A stretch of 64,000 nucleotides of DNA, taken from a virus. Both the position numbers and the translations under genes were made by a program. The notes below the pieces were generated by a model. That model saw nothing but the letters and a program-made list of their open reading frames with translations, was not told where the DNA came from and made no database searches. The stretch is from positions 1 through 64,000 of the IMG/VR virus record IMGVR_UViG_3300043251_000023; one strand, written 5' to 3'. Shown in pieces: positions 27,685 to 37,891 of this stretch (positions are counted from its first letter, which is position 1; every line of letters begins with the position of its first letter).

Positions 27685-28260
27685 ATGAGGCTCCGCGACA
27701 CGAACAAGCACCAAGACCTCGGCGAACTAAAGACGTTCGTCAATCTCGCGGTCGAACTCGACGTCCGGCGCTATCTCGAAATCGGAAGCCGCAACGGCGA
27801 CTCGTTCTTCGCGGTGATGGCGAACCTCCGGCCGGGCGCGTTCGGCATGTCGATTGACCTGCCGGAGAACGCGGAGACGATGGGGCGCATGGCTGCGACG
27901 CTTATCGAACTGCGCAACATGGGCCAGCGGACGGCCTTGCTCTATGAATCATCGCGGGAAACGTCCGCGTTGTGGGCGGCGAAGGCGAACGCGCCGTTCG
28001 ATCTTGTCCTGATCGACGGCGACCATACCTACGGCGGCGTAATCTCGGACTGGACCGATTATCAGGCGTTCGGGAAGGTCGTGGCCGTGCACGACATCGA
28101 CGCGCCGGCGGGATGGAAGTCGAGCGGCTTGCCGAACGAGGTCGGGCGGTTCTGGCGAGAACTCAAATCCGGCCTTCACACGCCGCCGCGCGCCGCGCAC
28201 GAGGCCCGCGAGTTCATCACGCCCGGCTCGAAGATGGGCTATGGGGTTGTTTTCCGATGA
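27685..28260 (+). CDS. class I SAM-dependent methyltransferase (Methyltransf_24-like)
   Basis: YLEIGSRNGDS, FDLVLIDGDHTY, VAVHD. Confidence 0.85.
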   Translation: MRLRDTNKHQDLGELKTFVNLAVELDVRRYLEIGSRNGDSFFAVMANLRPGAFGMSIDLPENAETMGRMAATLIELRNMGQRTALLYESSRETSALWAAKANAPFDLVLIDGDHTYGGVISDWTDYQAFGKVVAVHDIDAPAGWKSSGLPNEVGRFWRELKSGLHTPPRAAHEAREFITPGSKMGYGVVFR

Positions 28261-28727
28261 GCCGCAAATTCACCGTGGAGCGGATCGACCTCGGCGAAGC
28301 CAATGTTTTCGTGGTTGCCTATCATCGGCATCACAAGCCCGTAGTCGGGCATCTTTTCTCGATTGCGGCAGCAACCGCAGATTCGCTCGATGGTGGCGCC
28401 AGGAAGATCGTTGGCGTAGCGATTATCGGCCGCCCAGTAAGCAGACACCGCGACGACGGTGTGACGGCCGAAGTAACCCGGCTCTGCACTGACGGCACCA
28501 AGGACGCCTGCTCGTTCCTCTACGGGGCCAGCGCCAAGGCTTGCTTCGCCCTCGGCTTCAAGAAGGTCGGAACCTACATCCTCGCCAGCGAGCCGGGCAC
28601 GTCGTTGATGGCGGCGGGCTGGCGCATGATCGCGGAAACGCCGGGGCGAAGCTGGTCAGTACCGTCGCGCCCGCGCATCGATAAGCATCCGCTGCAAAAA
28701 CGGCTGCTGTTCGAAGCGCAAGTCTGA
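28257..28727 (+). CDS. XF1762-like (Mom/GNAT-related) phage protein
   Basis: HRHHKP, GVAIIGRPVSR, EVTRLCTDGT.ACSFLY, E.GTSL.AAGW. Confidence 0.75.
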   Translation: MSRKFTVERIDLGEANVFVVAYHRHHKPVVGHLFSIAAATADSLDGGARKIVGVAIIGRPVSRHRDDGVTAEVTRLCTDGTKDACSFLYGASAKACFALGFKKVGTYILASEPGTSLMAAGWRMIAETPGRSWSVPSRPRIDKHPLQKRLLFEAQV

Positions 28728-28740
28728 CTGGGGAATTAGG

Positions 28741-29691
28741 ATGCGCGAGGTCTTCATTTCGATCCCGGCGTGGGGCCGCCACTACGTCGAGATGGCGACC
28801 CGCTACACGCTGCCGGCGATATGGGCGTCGCTACTGGCTTGGGATCGTGATGTCCGGGCAACGTTCATCGTCCACACCGACGAGCGCACGCTGTTTCGAA
28901 GGTCGGTCCCCGGCCTGCGGATAGACTTCCGGCCGGTCCAGCGAGGCATAGGGGCGGGCAATCTCGGGGACTGGGTCGCGTTCGAGCGCGCGCACCGGGA
29001 AGCAATCGAGCGAACGCCGGCCGGCGCGCTCCTCGTTCTCCTGAACTCCGACACCGTCGTGTCGATCGAGACCATGCGGGTCGTCAATGCCGCGCTGCGC
29101 GGGAACGTCAAGGTCGGCGTTTCGGTCGGCATCCGAACGCTGATCGACGGCAACGTCTGCCCTATAGGCGTGACCGCGGACGTCCTGGCGCGGTGGTGCT
29201 GGTCGCACCGGCACCACCTGACCGACGACATGCTGTGGGGAACCGGAGCCGCGCAGCAGCCGACGCAGATGTTCTTCCAGCACGACGACCATGACCGGGA
29301 CGTCTCGATGCACTGCTTCCACCTGACGCCGATGTTCATCGTCAAGGACCGGGAATTGAAGTTCGGCGGGACCATCGACGACGGGATGCTAGCGAACTAC
29401 GACGACCACGAGATCGCCTATTTCCGAGACCGGCCGTTCGTGATCGCGGAGCTTTCGCCGTTCGACAAGCATCACCCGCACGGCAAGCCCTTGACCAGCG
29501 TCGAGGCAGTGACGATGGACGGAACGCGCCAGGTCCATCCTGCACACTTGCGGAATTTCAAGCAGCAGTTCACCGTGTTCGGGAAGCCGCCGCTGCATCC
29601 CGCCGCGCAGGCGATCATCGGGGCGTTGGAGAAGCTCAATGCGCGAAATGCGTCTGACCGACCAAGAACTCCAGGCGCTCGTCGCGCCTAG
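28741..29691 (+). CDS. hypothetical protein, glycosyltransferase-like; paralog of 38841-39785
   Basis: IPAWG..Y, VHTD, LLNSD, GTIDD motifs shared with the paralog. Confidence 0.5.
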   Translation: MREVFISIPAWGRHYVEMATRYTLPAIWASLLAWDRDVRATFIVHTDERTLFRRSVPGLRIDFRPVQRGIGAGNLGDWVAFERAHREAIERTPAGALLVLLNSDTVVSIETMRVVNAALRGNVKVGVSVGIRTLIDGNVCPIGVTADVLARWCWSHRHHLTDDMLWGTGAAQQPTQMFFQHDDHDRDVSMHCFHLTPMFIVKDRELKFGGTIDDGMLANYDDHEIAYFRDRPFVIAELSPFDKHHPHGKPLTSVEAVTMDGTRQVHPAHLRNFKQQFTVFGKPPLHPAAQAIIGALEKLNARNASDRPRTPGARRA

Positions 29692-29965
29692 GCTCGTCGC
29701 GCGGCTGCGCAAGGCCGGCTTCAAAATGGGGCGGATGGAGGCCGAGTTTCCGTCGGCGATGTTTGTCCCGATCAGTCTCGATCTCGTCGGATGGTGCAGT
29801 TTCACACGGGACGCCGACGGATTCTGGACGATTCAGCAGGACGAGGCGCGGATCGCGGAGGTCGTCGCGGACGCGCACGAGATGCACTACGAGGCGATCA
29901 CCGGGCGGGAAGCGCCGCGGGCGTCTTAACGTTCCGGCGCGATGATCGACGGCGGCGGGTCGGTA

Positions 29966-30448
29966 TCAGGCGGCGGCCCAGCCGGCATTCCCCGACAGCG
30001 CGCTGTGTCGCTCCCCGAGGCCGCGAAAGGGCAGATTGGCGCCCCCTCCGATGAGCGCGTCACCGGCGACCAAGATCAGGGCGATCAGGGCGATGACGGT
30101 AATTACGAAACTCACCGCCTGAACGATTGGCGGGCTGAGTCCCATGTTGGCGGCGAGCCATGTCAAGAACAGGTCGATCAGGAACAGGACGACGATCAGC
30201 ACCAAGACGGCGACCGCGAAGATAACGATCGACTGCGGGGTCGCGGAGACGCCGCCTCCTCCGAAGCCAAGCACGCCAGCGATGGCGATGATGAACGCGA
30301 TCAGGATCAAGCACCCGACCACGATCTTCGCGATCTTGGCGAGGAACGGGTCCTTGGCGACTCGGTCGATGGTGAGGAAGAAGATAGCGCCGACCGCAAA
30401 CAAAACGATGATGGTGATCAGGAAGCCGAGCAACCCAGAGCCGTTCAT
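29966..30448 (-). CDS. four-helix integral membrane protein (internal duplication)
   Basis: two similar hydrophobic hairpins; GGAGG RBS on the minus strand. Confidence 0.7.
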   Translation of the reverse strand: MNGSGLLGFLITIIVLFAVGAIFFLTIDRVAKDPFLAKIAKIVVGCLILIAFIIAIAGVLGFGGGGVSATPQSIVIFAVAVLVLIVVLFLIDLFLTWLAANMGLSPPIVQAVSFVITVIALIALILVAGDALIGGGANLPFRGLGERHSALSGNAGWAAA

Positions 30449-30546
30449 GGCGCATCCTCCAGCGGGACACGCATAATTTTGTCGCTCCCGCGAACTTGTG
30501 GTAGGAACCATCATACCACCTTTTAAGTTCCAGAGGGTTGGGGACC

Positions 30547-30822
30547 ATGCCGCTGACCGCCAAGGGCGAAGAGATCAAATCCGCGCTCACCAAGGAGTAC
30601 GGCAAGGAAAAGGGCGAGCAGGTCCTCTACGCGGGCAAGAACAAAGGCACGTTCACTGGGATCGATTCCACCCCCGCCGGCCTAAATACCGTCATCGACG
30701 CAGTCTGCTCGATGTGCGACAGCATCGACAAGATGACCGCGCGGCTCGGAGCGCACTGCGACGACCGGCGGGTGATCGGCGGCGTCGGGCATGACGCGAC
30801 GAACATCAAGGTCGTCTCGTGA
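30547..30822 (+). CDS. small head-module protein
   Basis: MPLTAKGEEI...YGKEKGEQVLYA.KNKG motif. Confidence 0.6.
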   Translation: MPLTAKGEEIKSALTKEYGKEKGEQVLYAGKNKGTFTGIDSTPAGLNTVIDAVCSMCDSIDKMTARLGAHCDDRRVIGGVGHDATNIKVVS

Positions 30823-32744
30823 AAGCTGCCGGGATTTTGCTCGTATCGATGAATGGAAACGCTTTGTTTCTCCGGCGGACCGCGAGCGCGCCCGATTGCC
30901 CCGCGTGTTGGGATTTTCCCGGTGGCGGCCAAGAAGGCGACGAGACCGCCGAGCAGACCGCGATCCGCGAGACCCGCGAGGAGATCGGCCACGTCCCCGA
31001 CGGCATCAGAATCCTCCACACCCGAACCCGATCCGGCTCCGCGCTGCAAGGCGTGGCTGGTCCCGGCGCGTCGCCGCTTGGCAACCCTGTTGACGGCGGC
31101 GCGCCGACGGCCCCTTCGATTGTCCCAGCGATGCCGGTCGATGTGGACTACACGACGTTCCTGCAAAAAGTGACGAACGAGTTCGTGCCGGAGCTCAACG
31201 ACGAGCACGACGGCTACGCCTGGTCGCCGATCACGGCGCCGCCCGAACCGCTGCATCCCGGTTGCCGGATCGCGCTCGAGCGTCTGTCGATGGACGAACT
31301 CGACGTCGCGCGGGCGATGGTCGACGGTCGCCTCGTCTCGCCGCAACGCTATGAAAACGTGACTTTGTGGGCGATTCGCATAACCGGGACGGGTGGTTCG
31401 TTCCGGCCCAAGGTCGAGGAATTTGTCTACCGCGATGCCGACATCCACCTGACCGAACGGATGCTGGCCCGCTGCAACGGCCTCCCGGTGATCTTCAAAC
31501 ACCCCGCCAAGGCGCTCCTGAACAGCGAGGAGTTCGCTAATCGTATTGTGGGGACCATTTTTTTGCCGTATGTTGCCGGCGATGAGGTCTGGGGCATCGC
31601 CAAAATCTACGACGATGAAACCAACCGGCTCTTAGACGAGGAGAACCTTTCCACCTCACCCGGCGTGAACTTCAAGGACTTCAAGGTCAATCGAAGTCTG
31701 CGCATGGAGGATGGTTCGAAGGTTCTCATCGAAGGCAAACCGAGTCTCGTCGACCACGTCGCGATTTGCGAGTTGGGCGTCTGGGACAAGGGCGGCGACC
31801 CGAGCGGCATTCGTTCCGAATCACGAGAGGACACAGCGATGGCTGACGAAGCGAAAAAGGAAGAGGCCAAGGACGATGCCGCGAAGAAGGATGCGGTCGC
31901 AGAGCAGCCCAAGATGGACGCCAAGAAAGACGCTGCCAAGGACGACGCCGCCCGCAAGGACGCGGACGCCGGCAAGTCCTTAGACGAAAAGCTCTCCCAC
32001 GTTCTCGATGCCGTCACCGGGTGCATGGACGCCGTGAAACGGGTCGACGCCCGGATGGACGCGATGGACGAGGAGAAGAAGAAAGCCGACGCGGCCAAGA
32101 AGGACGAGTTCCCGGACAAGAAGGAAGAAGCCGAAAAGACCGCCGCCGACAAGGCGAAGAAGGACGCGGCCGACAAGGAGGAGGAAGAAAAAAAGAAGGC
32201 CGACGCCGCCAAGAAAGACGAGGAAGACAAGGCGAAAGCCGATACCGCCGGTCTGGGCGACCGGATCGCCGCCGTCGAGCGCGCCGTCAAGGCGACCGAC
32301 GCGAAGATCATGCCGATCCCGGACGACGATCATTCCCGCCTCGCCGACGCTTGGGCAATCGCTGACGATGCCTGCCGGGCGCTGGGGATGAACGGCCCGC
32401 GCGCGATGCCGGGCGAGACCTCCGCGCAGTTCCGGCGCCGGGTGGTCAAGCTCCTCAAGCCGCACAGCGCGACCTGGAAGGACGTCGACATCGCCACGGC
32501 CGCCTATGCCGACGAAGCGATGTTCGCCGTCGTCGAGAAGCAGGTCCTCACCGACGCTGCGAAGGCGGCGCGCGACCCGGCCAATGTCGCCGGCGACCAG
32601 CTCCGCATGATCGAGCGCAAGGCGGACGGCCACACGATTCGCGAGTTCGTCGGTCGGCCGGCTGCCTGGATGAACCAGTTTGCCGGGCCGGTTCAGCTCC
32701 GCGGCGAGGGCAAGTTCCTTACCGACAATCTCGGCAAGAACTGA
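30819..32744 (+). CDS. NUDIX domain + DUF2213-like prohead protease + scaffold fusion
   Basis: Nudix box PGGGQEGDETAEQTAIRETREEIG; HP...STSP...DHVAIC.GVWD; D/A/K-rich scaffold tail. Confidence 0.85.
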   Translation: MKAAGILLVSMNGNALFLRRTASAPDCPACWDFPGGGQEGDETAEQTAIRETREEIGHVPDGIRILHTRTRSGSALQGVAGPGASPLGNPVDGGAPTAPSIVPAMPVDVDYTTFLQKVTNEFVPELNDEHDGYAWSPITAPPEPLHPGCRIALERLSMDELDVARAMVDGRLVSPQRYENVTLWAIRITGTGGSFRPKVEEFVYRDADIHLTERMLARCNGLPVIFKHPAKALLNSEEFANRIVGTIFLPYVAGDEVWGIAKIYDDETNRLLDEENLSTSPGVNFKDFKVNRSLRMEDGSKVLIEGKPSLVDHVAICELGVWDKGGDPSGIRSESREDTAMADEAKKEEAKDDAAKKDAVAEQPKMDAKKDAAKDDAARKDADAGKSLDEKLSHVLDAVTGCMDAVKRVDARMDAMDEEKKKADAAKKDEFPDKKEEAEKTAADKAKKDAADKEEEEKKKADAAKKDEEDKAKADTAGLGDRIAAVERAVKATDAKIMPIPDDDHSRLADAWAIADDACRALGMNGPRAMPGETSAQFRRRVVKLLKPHSATWKDVDIATAAYADEAMFAVVEKQVLTDAAKAARDPANVAGDQLRMIERKADGHTIREFVGRPAAWMNQFAGPVQLRGEGKFLTDNLGKN

Positions 32745-32797
32745 TCGCGCTTTTCAACAGGGTCGAAGGCTAGAGAACTGAAACTCAGGAGAACCAG

Positions 32798-33700
32798 ATG
32801 GTCGCGTCCGTCACCTTCCAGCCCTACCTGCAGAGCGGCGGCAACGCTGGTCTCTTCAACGTTCAGTCCAGCGGCTATCGGCAGGGCACGGCGATGCCCG
32901 ATCCCTCGACCCGCTATCGCTTGCGGGGTGGCATCTTGGCGACGACCGAGACGCTACCGATGTGGGGAGGGGTCGGCGTCTACGCGAACGTCCCTGGCGG
33001 CGGCTATCCCGGAACGCAGGGCGTTCCTGGTTCCCCGAGCGGTTCTCTCGGTCCGATCCTCGGCCGCGCTACGGCGCTGACCGGTACCACAAAGCTCGCC
33101 GGCTTCTCAGTCTTCGACGAAGCCTACGGCATGATCACGTCGCCGCAATCTCCGGTCCCGCTGGCTGGCTCCGGAATGCAGGTCAACTACTACCCGCTCG
33201 GCTCGCTGGCGCGCATCGTGGTCGCCTGCGATCCGTCCCTGACGTCGCTCCGCGGTGGCACGACCTACCAGCCGGCGGTCGCGTGGGACTTCACGAACCA
33301 GCTTCTCATCCCCGAACTCGGTACGCTCGTGATCTCGTCCGGCACCTACGTCTCCGCCACCGGCGTGATCACGCTGACGATGGCGGTCGCTCCCACCTTC
33401 AGCCCCGGCGACTCGCTCACTCTTGCATCGCTCACCGGCACCGGCGCCTTTGCCACGCTCGACGGCACCTGGACGGTTCTGACCGTTGTTGGTTCCGTGG
33501 TCACTTTGCAGGGTCCGGTCGCGGCTGGCGCGGCGACGATCACCGGCGGCAACGCCACGGTCGGCGGCTCGGCCAGCCAGGCGCTCCCGGTCAACGTACT
33601 CGACATCAATCCGTCGAACTCCGAGACCGTCGTCTACAACTCGACGACCGGCTTCGCGACGTACAACTATTCCGGCGCCGCAGCCCTTATCCAGATTTGA
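32798..33700 (+). CDS. capsid decoration/minor capsid protein
   Basis: between scaffold and major capsid; LPMWGGVG, PQSPVP, WDFTNQ. Confidence 0.7.
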   Translation: MVASVTFQPYLQSGGNAGLFNVQSSGYRQGTAMPDPSTRYRLRGGILATTETLPMWGGVGVYANVPGGGYPGTQGVPGSPSGSLGPILGRATALTGTTKLAGFSVFDEAYGMITSPQSPVPLAGSGMQVNYYPLGSLARIVVACDPSLTSLRGGTTYQPAVAWDFTNQLLIPELGTLVISSGTYVSATGVITLTMAVAPTFSPGDSLTLASLTGTGAFATLDGTWTVLTVVGSVVTLQGPVAAGAATITGGNATVGGSASQALPVNVLDINPSNSETVVYNSTTGFATYNYSGAAALIQI

Positions 33701-33752
33701 GGACAGCAGAACGTCAGGCGTCAATCGTTTAACGGAACGAGGAAAATAGACC

Positions 33753-34775
33753 ATGTCGATTCAGGCGCACGCTTACACCACGTTGAACCCCTCGTTCATC
33801 GAGCCGGAGTTTCTCATCCAGTACAGCCAAGCGTCGGGCTTCATCGACGTCTTGGCCGAAGGGCAGATGCGGGTTCGTCTCTCCGAGGACGACCTCATCG
33901 TCTACATGAAGCAGATGAACTTCCGGGCGAAGATCGCGGCGAACACGGCGGGTTCTCAGGAACTCCCCGGCGTCGACATCTTGGCGACCATGATCTCGGC
34001 GCCGACCTACCTCCTCCAGGTCCGCAACCAGTACAATCACCACGACGTTGCCGCCGGTTCCCGGTGGGGCTTCGCGGTGCCGGAGGCCTACCGCCTCGGC
34101 GGCCGGCAGGCGAACTACCAGCTCGCCCGCGACGCTTGCCTCTTCGGCATGAACCCGCAGAACGGCGAGGGCCTCATCAACGCGACCGGAGCGACGGCGA
34201 TCAATCTGCCGCCGGACACATTCGGCAACTCGACGGTCGTGACCTACGACAACGGCCAGATGGCGTTCTTCATCGCGCAGCAGGTCCTCAACATCAAAAC
34301 GCGGACCTATCAGCTCGGTCTCGGCAAGAAGATCACCATCCTCGGCCCGCAGCGGACGCTCGGCTTGTTCGAGTACAACATCGTCCAACTCGTCCAGTAT
34401 CAGCGGCCGGGCGCCGGCACGACCTCGACTGCGGGGACCGTCAAGGAAATTTTGATGGCGAACGGCGACACGCTTATCTGGGCCTACGACGACACGCTGA
34501 TCGGCGCGGGCGCGGGCGGGACGGACGCGATCATCATCTGTATGCCCGAGGTCGACAAGCCGAAGGGCGACCAGCCCGTGAACACGAACATCTTCGCCAG
34601 CTTGCTTCCCGGTTCGAAGGTCTGCCTGACGCAATACTGCGACATGGCGGCCCCGCGCGAGATTGTCTCGCCGATGGCCGGCGGCGCTACGGATTTCCTG
34701 CAGGAATGGAGGATCTCAAGCGGCTGGGCAGCGCGAGCGCAGGCTTTGACCGTGCTCAGCGCGCAATATCAATAG
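33753..34775 (+). CDS. major capsid protein
   Basis: 340 aa in the canonical position; LFG...GLIN motif; strongly biased codon usage. Confidence 0.8.
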   Translation: MSIQAHAYTTLNPSFIEPEFLIQYSQASGFIDVLAEGQMRVRLSEDDLIVYMKQMNFRAKIAANTAGSQELPGVDILATMISAPTYLLQVRNQYNHHDVAAGSRWGFAVPEAYRLGGRQANYQLARDACLFGMNPQNGEGLINATGATAINLPPDTFGNSTVVTYDNGQMAFFIAQQVLNIKTRTYQLGLGKKITILGPQRTLGLFEYNIVQLVQYQRPGAGTTSTAGTVKEILMANGDTLIWAYDDTLIGAGAGGTDAIIICMPEVDKPKGDQPVNTNIFASLLPGSKVCLTQYCDMAAPREIVSPMAGGATDFLQEWRISSGWAARAQALTVLSAQYQ

Positions 34776-34875
34776 GCCCAGTGAGGGTCTCCGAGGGAGC
34801 CTAGTGACTTCCGAGGCGGTGGGTAGCTAGGCACCCGCAGGCCGCCTCACTATTCAACAGGGGAACGAAAGCGTC

Positions 34876-35454
34876 ATGGCAAAGCTCTATATCGCAAATG
34901 TCAGCCGCCAGAATCAGATCGTCTGCTTCCGCCTGGACTACGGGCCGGACGGCGAATTGAAGGATACCAATCGGCGTTTTGAGCCCGCGCGCCAGCAAGA
35001 GATTCCGCCCGGTCGGCAAGTCATGATCGGCGGCGACATGCACATGCGCCAGATCGAGGACATCGTTAAGCAGCTTCAGCCTTACGGGCTGGTCGGCGCG
35101 CTTGACGCTCCGCGGCAGCGCGCGATCGCTCCTTTGGTCTTCAACGTGGTCAACCCGGTCACGGCGAAAGTCATGGAAAGCGTCCGCGACACGAACGCGG
35201 AGCTTCTGACCGCCGACGGCCACGAGCGGCGCCAGAAGGCCGCCGTCGCGACGAACGACATCGTCCAGACCACGGTGGCGCAGCAGTTCGCCGAGGTCGG
35301 CATCGAGGATAAGCCCGCCGACCGGACGGACGTGACGTTCGAGCAGCAAGAGCAGAGCGAGGCCGGGGAGAAGACCATCGCGGAGGGCTACCGCGTTGAG
35401 GCCGGCGCCGCTGCCCCGCCGAAGAACAAGGGCGGGCGTCCCCGCAAGAAGTAG
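34876..35454 (+). CDS. hypothetical head-associated protein
   Basis: follows the capsid gene; basic GRPRKK tail. Confidence 0.55.
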   Translation: MAKLYIANVSRQNQIVCFRLDYGPDGELKDTNRRFEPARQQEIPPGRQVMIGGDMHMRQIEDIVKQLQPYGLVGALDAPRQRAIAPLVFNVVNPVTAKVMESVRDTNAELLTADGHERRQKAAVATNDIVQTTVAQQFAEVGIEDKPADRTDVTFEQQEQSEAGEKTIAEGYRVEAGAAAPPKNKGGRPRKK

Positions 35455-35457
35455 CGC

Positions 35458-35988
35458 ATGACGGCCCCACAGCCCACGCTTGCGGGGTTCCAGGATTTCA
35501 TCGTCAACACGATGCAGATCAGCACGACGGTCCTACCGTCGAGCTCGCCTGTTATTCCATTCGCGTTTTCGGTCGCGCTCGCCATCGTCAACCAGGCGCT
35601 CCAGTGCGTTCCGGTTCCCTCGACAGACGCCGCCGGCGTTTCGCTCAATTCCGGCGGCTACACGATCTACGCCCTCGCGGTTTACAATCTCGCCGGATCA
35701 AACCTCCTGGCCTACGCGCAAGACCTTCCCGATGCTCCGGTCGTCAAGGGCAGCGGCGATCCTGGCCTGCCGTTCTTTGCTTGGACGCGCCAGCAATGGC
35801 AGATCAACGCTTTCGTGTCCGGCGTCGTGCAGTCGACCGCCGATGAATCAACGTCGATGTCGCTGGTCGTGCAAGATGCTGCTAAGATGTTCACGCTTGC
35901 CAACCTTCAGCAGTTGAAGGACCCATATGGTCGGCAATTTCTTGCGCTATCGCAAAGTTACGGGCCATCGACGTTCGGCATCAGTTAA
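35458..35988 (+). CDS. head-tail adaptor (DUF4054-like)
   Basis: GVVQSTADES.S...PYGRQFL motif. Confidence 0.65.
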   Translation: MTAPQPTLAGFQDFIVNTMQISTTVLPSSSPVIPFAFSVALAIVNQALQCVPVPSTDAAGVSLNSGGYTIYALAVYNLAGSNLLAYAQDLPDAPVVKGSGDPGLPFFAWTRQQWQINAFVSGVVQSTADESTSMSLVVQDAAKMFTLANLQQLKDPYGRQFLALSQSYGPSTFGIS

Positions 35989-35997
35989 GGAACCGCT

Positions 35998-36288
35998 ATG
36001 ACCGCGACATCATTCGGCAACGCCGGACTCGTCAATACGCAGCTCAACATCAACCAGCCCATGGTCCTAAAGGCATCGGCTGGGGGAGTGCTGACGGTGA
36101 ACGTCACGGTCGCCGGATCGACCGCCGGTGCCATCTACGACTCGCCAACCACAGGCGGAAACGGGACCGGAAGTCTCATCGCGACGCTGCCGAATACGGT
36201 CGGTCCGATCAACATCGCGTTCCCCTGCCAGACCGGCATCACGGTCGTCCCGGGCTCGGGGCAATGCGTTTCGGTTGTTTACCAATAG
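35998..36288 (+). CDS. small beta-rich virion protein; paralog of 39804-40103
   Basis: NINQP...GAIYDS...GITVVPG.GQ...V.Y shared with the paralog. Confidence 0.55.
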   Translation: MTATSFGNAGLVNTQLNINQPMVLKASAGGVLTVNVTVAGSTAGAIYDSPTTGGNGTGSLIATLPNTVGPINIAFPCQTGITVVPGSGQCVSVVYQ

Positions 36289-36298
36289 GCGGGTAGTG

Positions 36299-36808
36299 AT
36301 GCCCATACTTCATCTCGGCGTGATCGACATTGCGTACATTGCGCCGCAGCCTACTGGCCCGCAGCGGAAAGCGCCGAAGCGTGTCCCGAAGAAGCCGCGG
36401 GCAAAAATCCACGCGAGATGGCGGGCAAAGTACGCAAACCTGACGACTGGCGACGTGGCTGAGATACTCGAGGCCAAATATCATATCTTTCAAAATTTCT
36501 ACCAGATCCACGAGCAGGACGTAGCGAACGACGTGACCGATTCAATGCAGGGCGCGGTCGAGAGTTATCTCATGGGCGCGCCGCTGAACCTCAATCCGTT
36601 CGGCTCGGCAACGTCGTCGATTGAGAACCGGATGAAGCAGTTCTTGGCGAACAGCGAGATGGAAAAGATCGGCTTCCCCGGCGTGCCGACGCAGGCGGCG
36701 CTCGAAGGTTTTAATCCGCGGTTCAAGAATCCGCGCACCGGCGTTCGCAGACCGTCGTTCATAGCGACAGGCTTGCTACAGGCGTCGATGACGGCGTGGG
36801 TGGACTGA
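36299..36808 (+). CDS. neck/tail completion protein
   Basis: VAEILE..Y; RPSFIATGLLQAS C-terminal motif. Confidence 0.65.
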   Translation: MPILHLGVIDIAYIAPQPTGPQRKAPKRVPKKPRAKIHARWRAKYANLTTGDVAEILEAKYHIFQNFYQIHEQDVANDVTDSMQGAVESYLMGAPLNLNPFGSATSSIENRMKQFLANSEMEKIGFPGVPTQAALEGFNPRFKNPRTGVRRPSFIATGLLQASMTAWVD

Positions 36809-36809
36809 C

Positions 36810-37841
36810 ATGGCCGGCGCACAGGAGGCCCTCACCGCGAAGAACCCGATGGCCGCCGATCTGGCGGCCGGGGTCGAAGCCTTATCGCGCGTCCAGGAGA
36901 TCACGTTCACGCGGTACATCCGGCTCGTGTTGCCTATCGATGGATTCGTATTTTGGGTGAACGCTTCAATCGTCAGCCGGTCGGCGCTGGTAAATGCAGC
37001 CCTCGTGAACAAGGTAGAGCCGAATCAGTCTCCCGAAACGGTCGTCGATGCGCCGACGTTCAATGCCAAAGGATCGCTGCACTACGCGACGGACCTGCGG
37101 CAGGAGGCCGGCGAGTATTACGGCGCGGAGCGGATGGTCTTCACGGCCGAAGAGCCGGTGAACGATCTTTCGGCCATTGCGCCGGGGACGCTGTGGATTG
37201 GCGAGTTTGAGGGCAAGCGGTTTGCGTTCTCGAGCCGGTCGTCGTTCTACATGCAGTCCGATCTTTTTCACTACGTCGGGTTTGCGGTTTATCCGGACAT
37301 GGAGACGCAGATTATCGACGACCTCTCGGGCTTCGACTCGACGAACGTGATCGTCTCCAACAGCCTCCCGGCGTGGCTGGCGCTCAACGGCCGCAACCCG
37401 GTCTATGGCTTCAACACGCTCGGGATCACGCTTTTCCCGTCGTTCCTGTCCCCGCAGAACGAGCCGCCGCCGTTCGGAACGGTCGACATCCCGCCGGAGT
37501 CCACTGAGGCTTTGGCGTCGGCGCCGACGATTGACCCGGCAACCTCGACGCATGTCCAGCTTTGCGCGGAGACGGTCAAGATCACGCTATGGGGCACGCG
37601 GAATTTCAGGGCGCTCGATTTTGTCGATGCCGTCTATCAGTACAGTTCCGACTTTGAGCCGTTCGGGATTATGAACATGCCGGTGGTGCAGGACGAGAAA
37701 CGGACGCAAGCCGAGCTCGGGACCATTGCGATGAAGAAGTCCGTGACTTTCAAGGTGAGCTATTTGCAGAACCGCATAAACGACATCGCGCGGCAGTACA
37801 TCGCCAGCGCGATCCCTTCGTTCTACATCGGCAAAGCCTAG
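36810..37841 (+). CDS. head-closure/tail-terminator-like protein
   Basis: 343 aa in the neck region; LPIDGFVFWV. Confidence 0.55.
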   Translation: MAGAQEALTAKNPMAADLAAGVEALSRVQEITFTRYIRLVLPIDGFVFWVNASIVSRSALVNAALVNKVEPNQSPETVVDAPTFNAKGSLHYATDLRQEAGEYYGAERMVFTAEEPVNDLSAIAPGTLWIGEFEGKRFAFSSRSSFYMQSDLFHYVGFAVYPDMETQIIDDLSGFDSTNVIVSNSLPAWLALNGRNPVYGFNTLGITLFPSFLSPQNEPPPFGTVDIPPESTEALASAPTIDPATSTHVQLCAETVKITLWGTRNFRALDFVDAVYQYSSDFEPFGIMNMPVVQDEKRTQAELGTIAMKKSVTFKVSYLQNRINDIARQYIASAIPSFYIGKA

Positions 37842-37891
37842 CTTGTGGTTTCCCCGGCCGGCGCGGTATCCTTGCCGAAGGGGTTGCCGTC

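Noticed and set aside
31840-32250. Repetitive GACGCC/AAGAAG-rich tract
   Set aside because: Encodes the low-complexity D/A/K scaffold; it has 3-nt rather than 5-nt periodicity.
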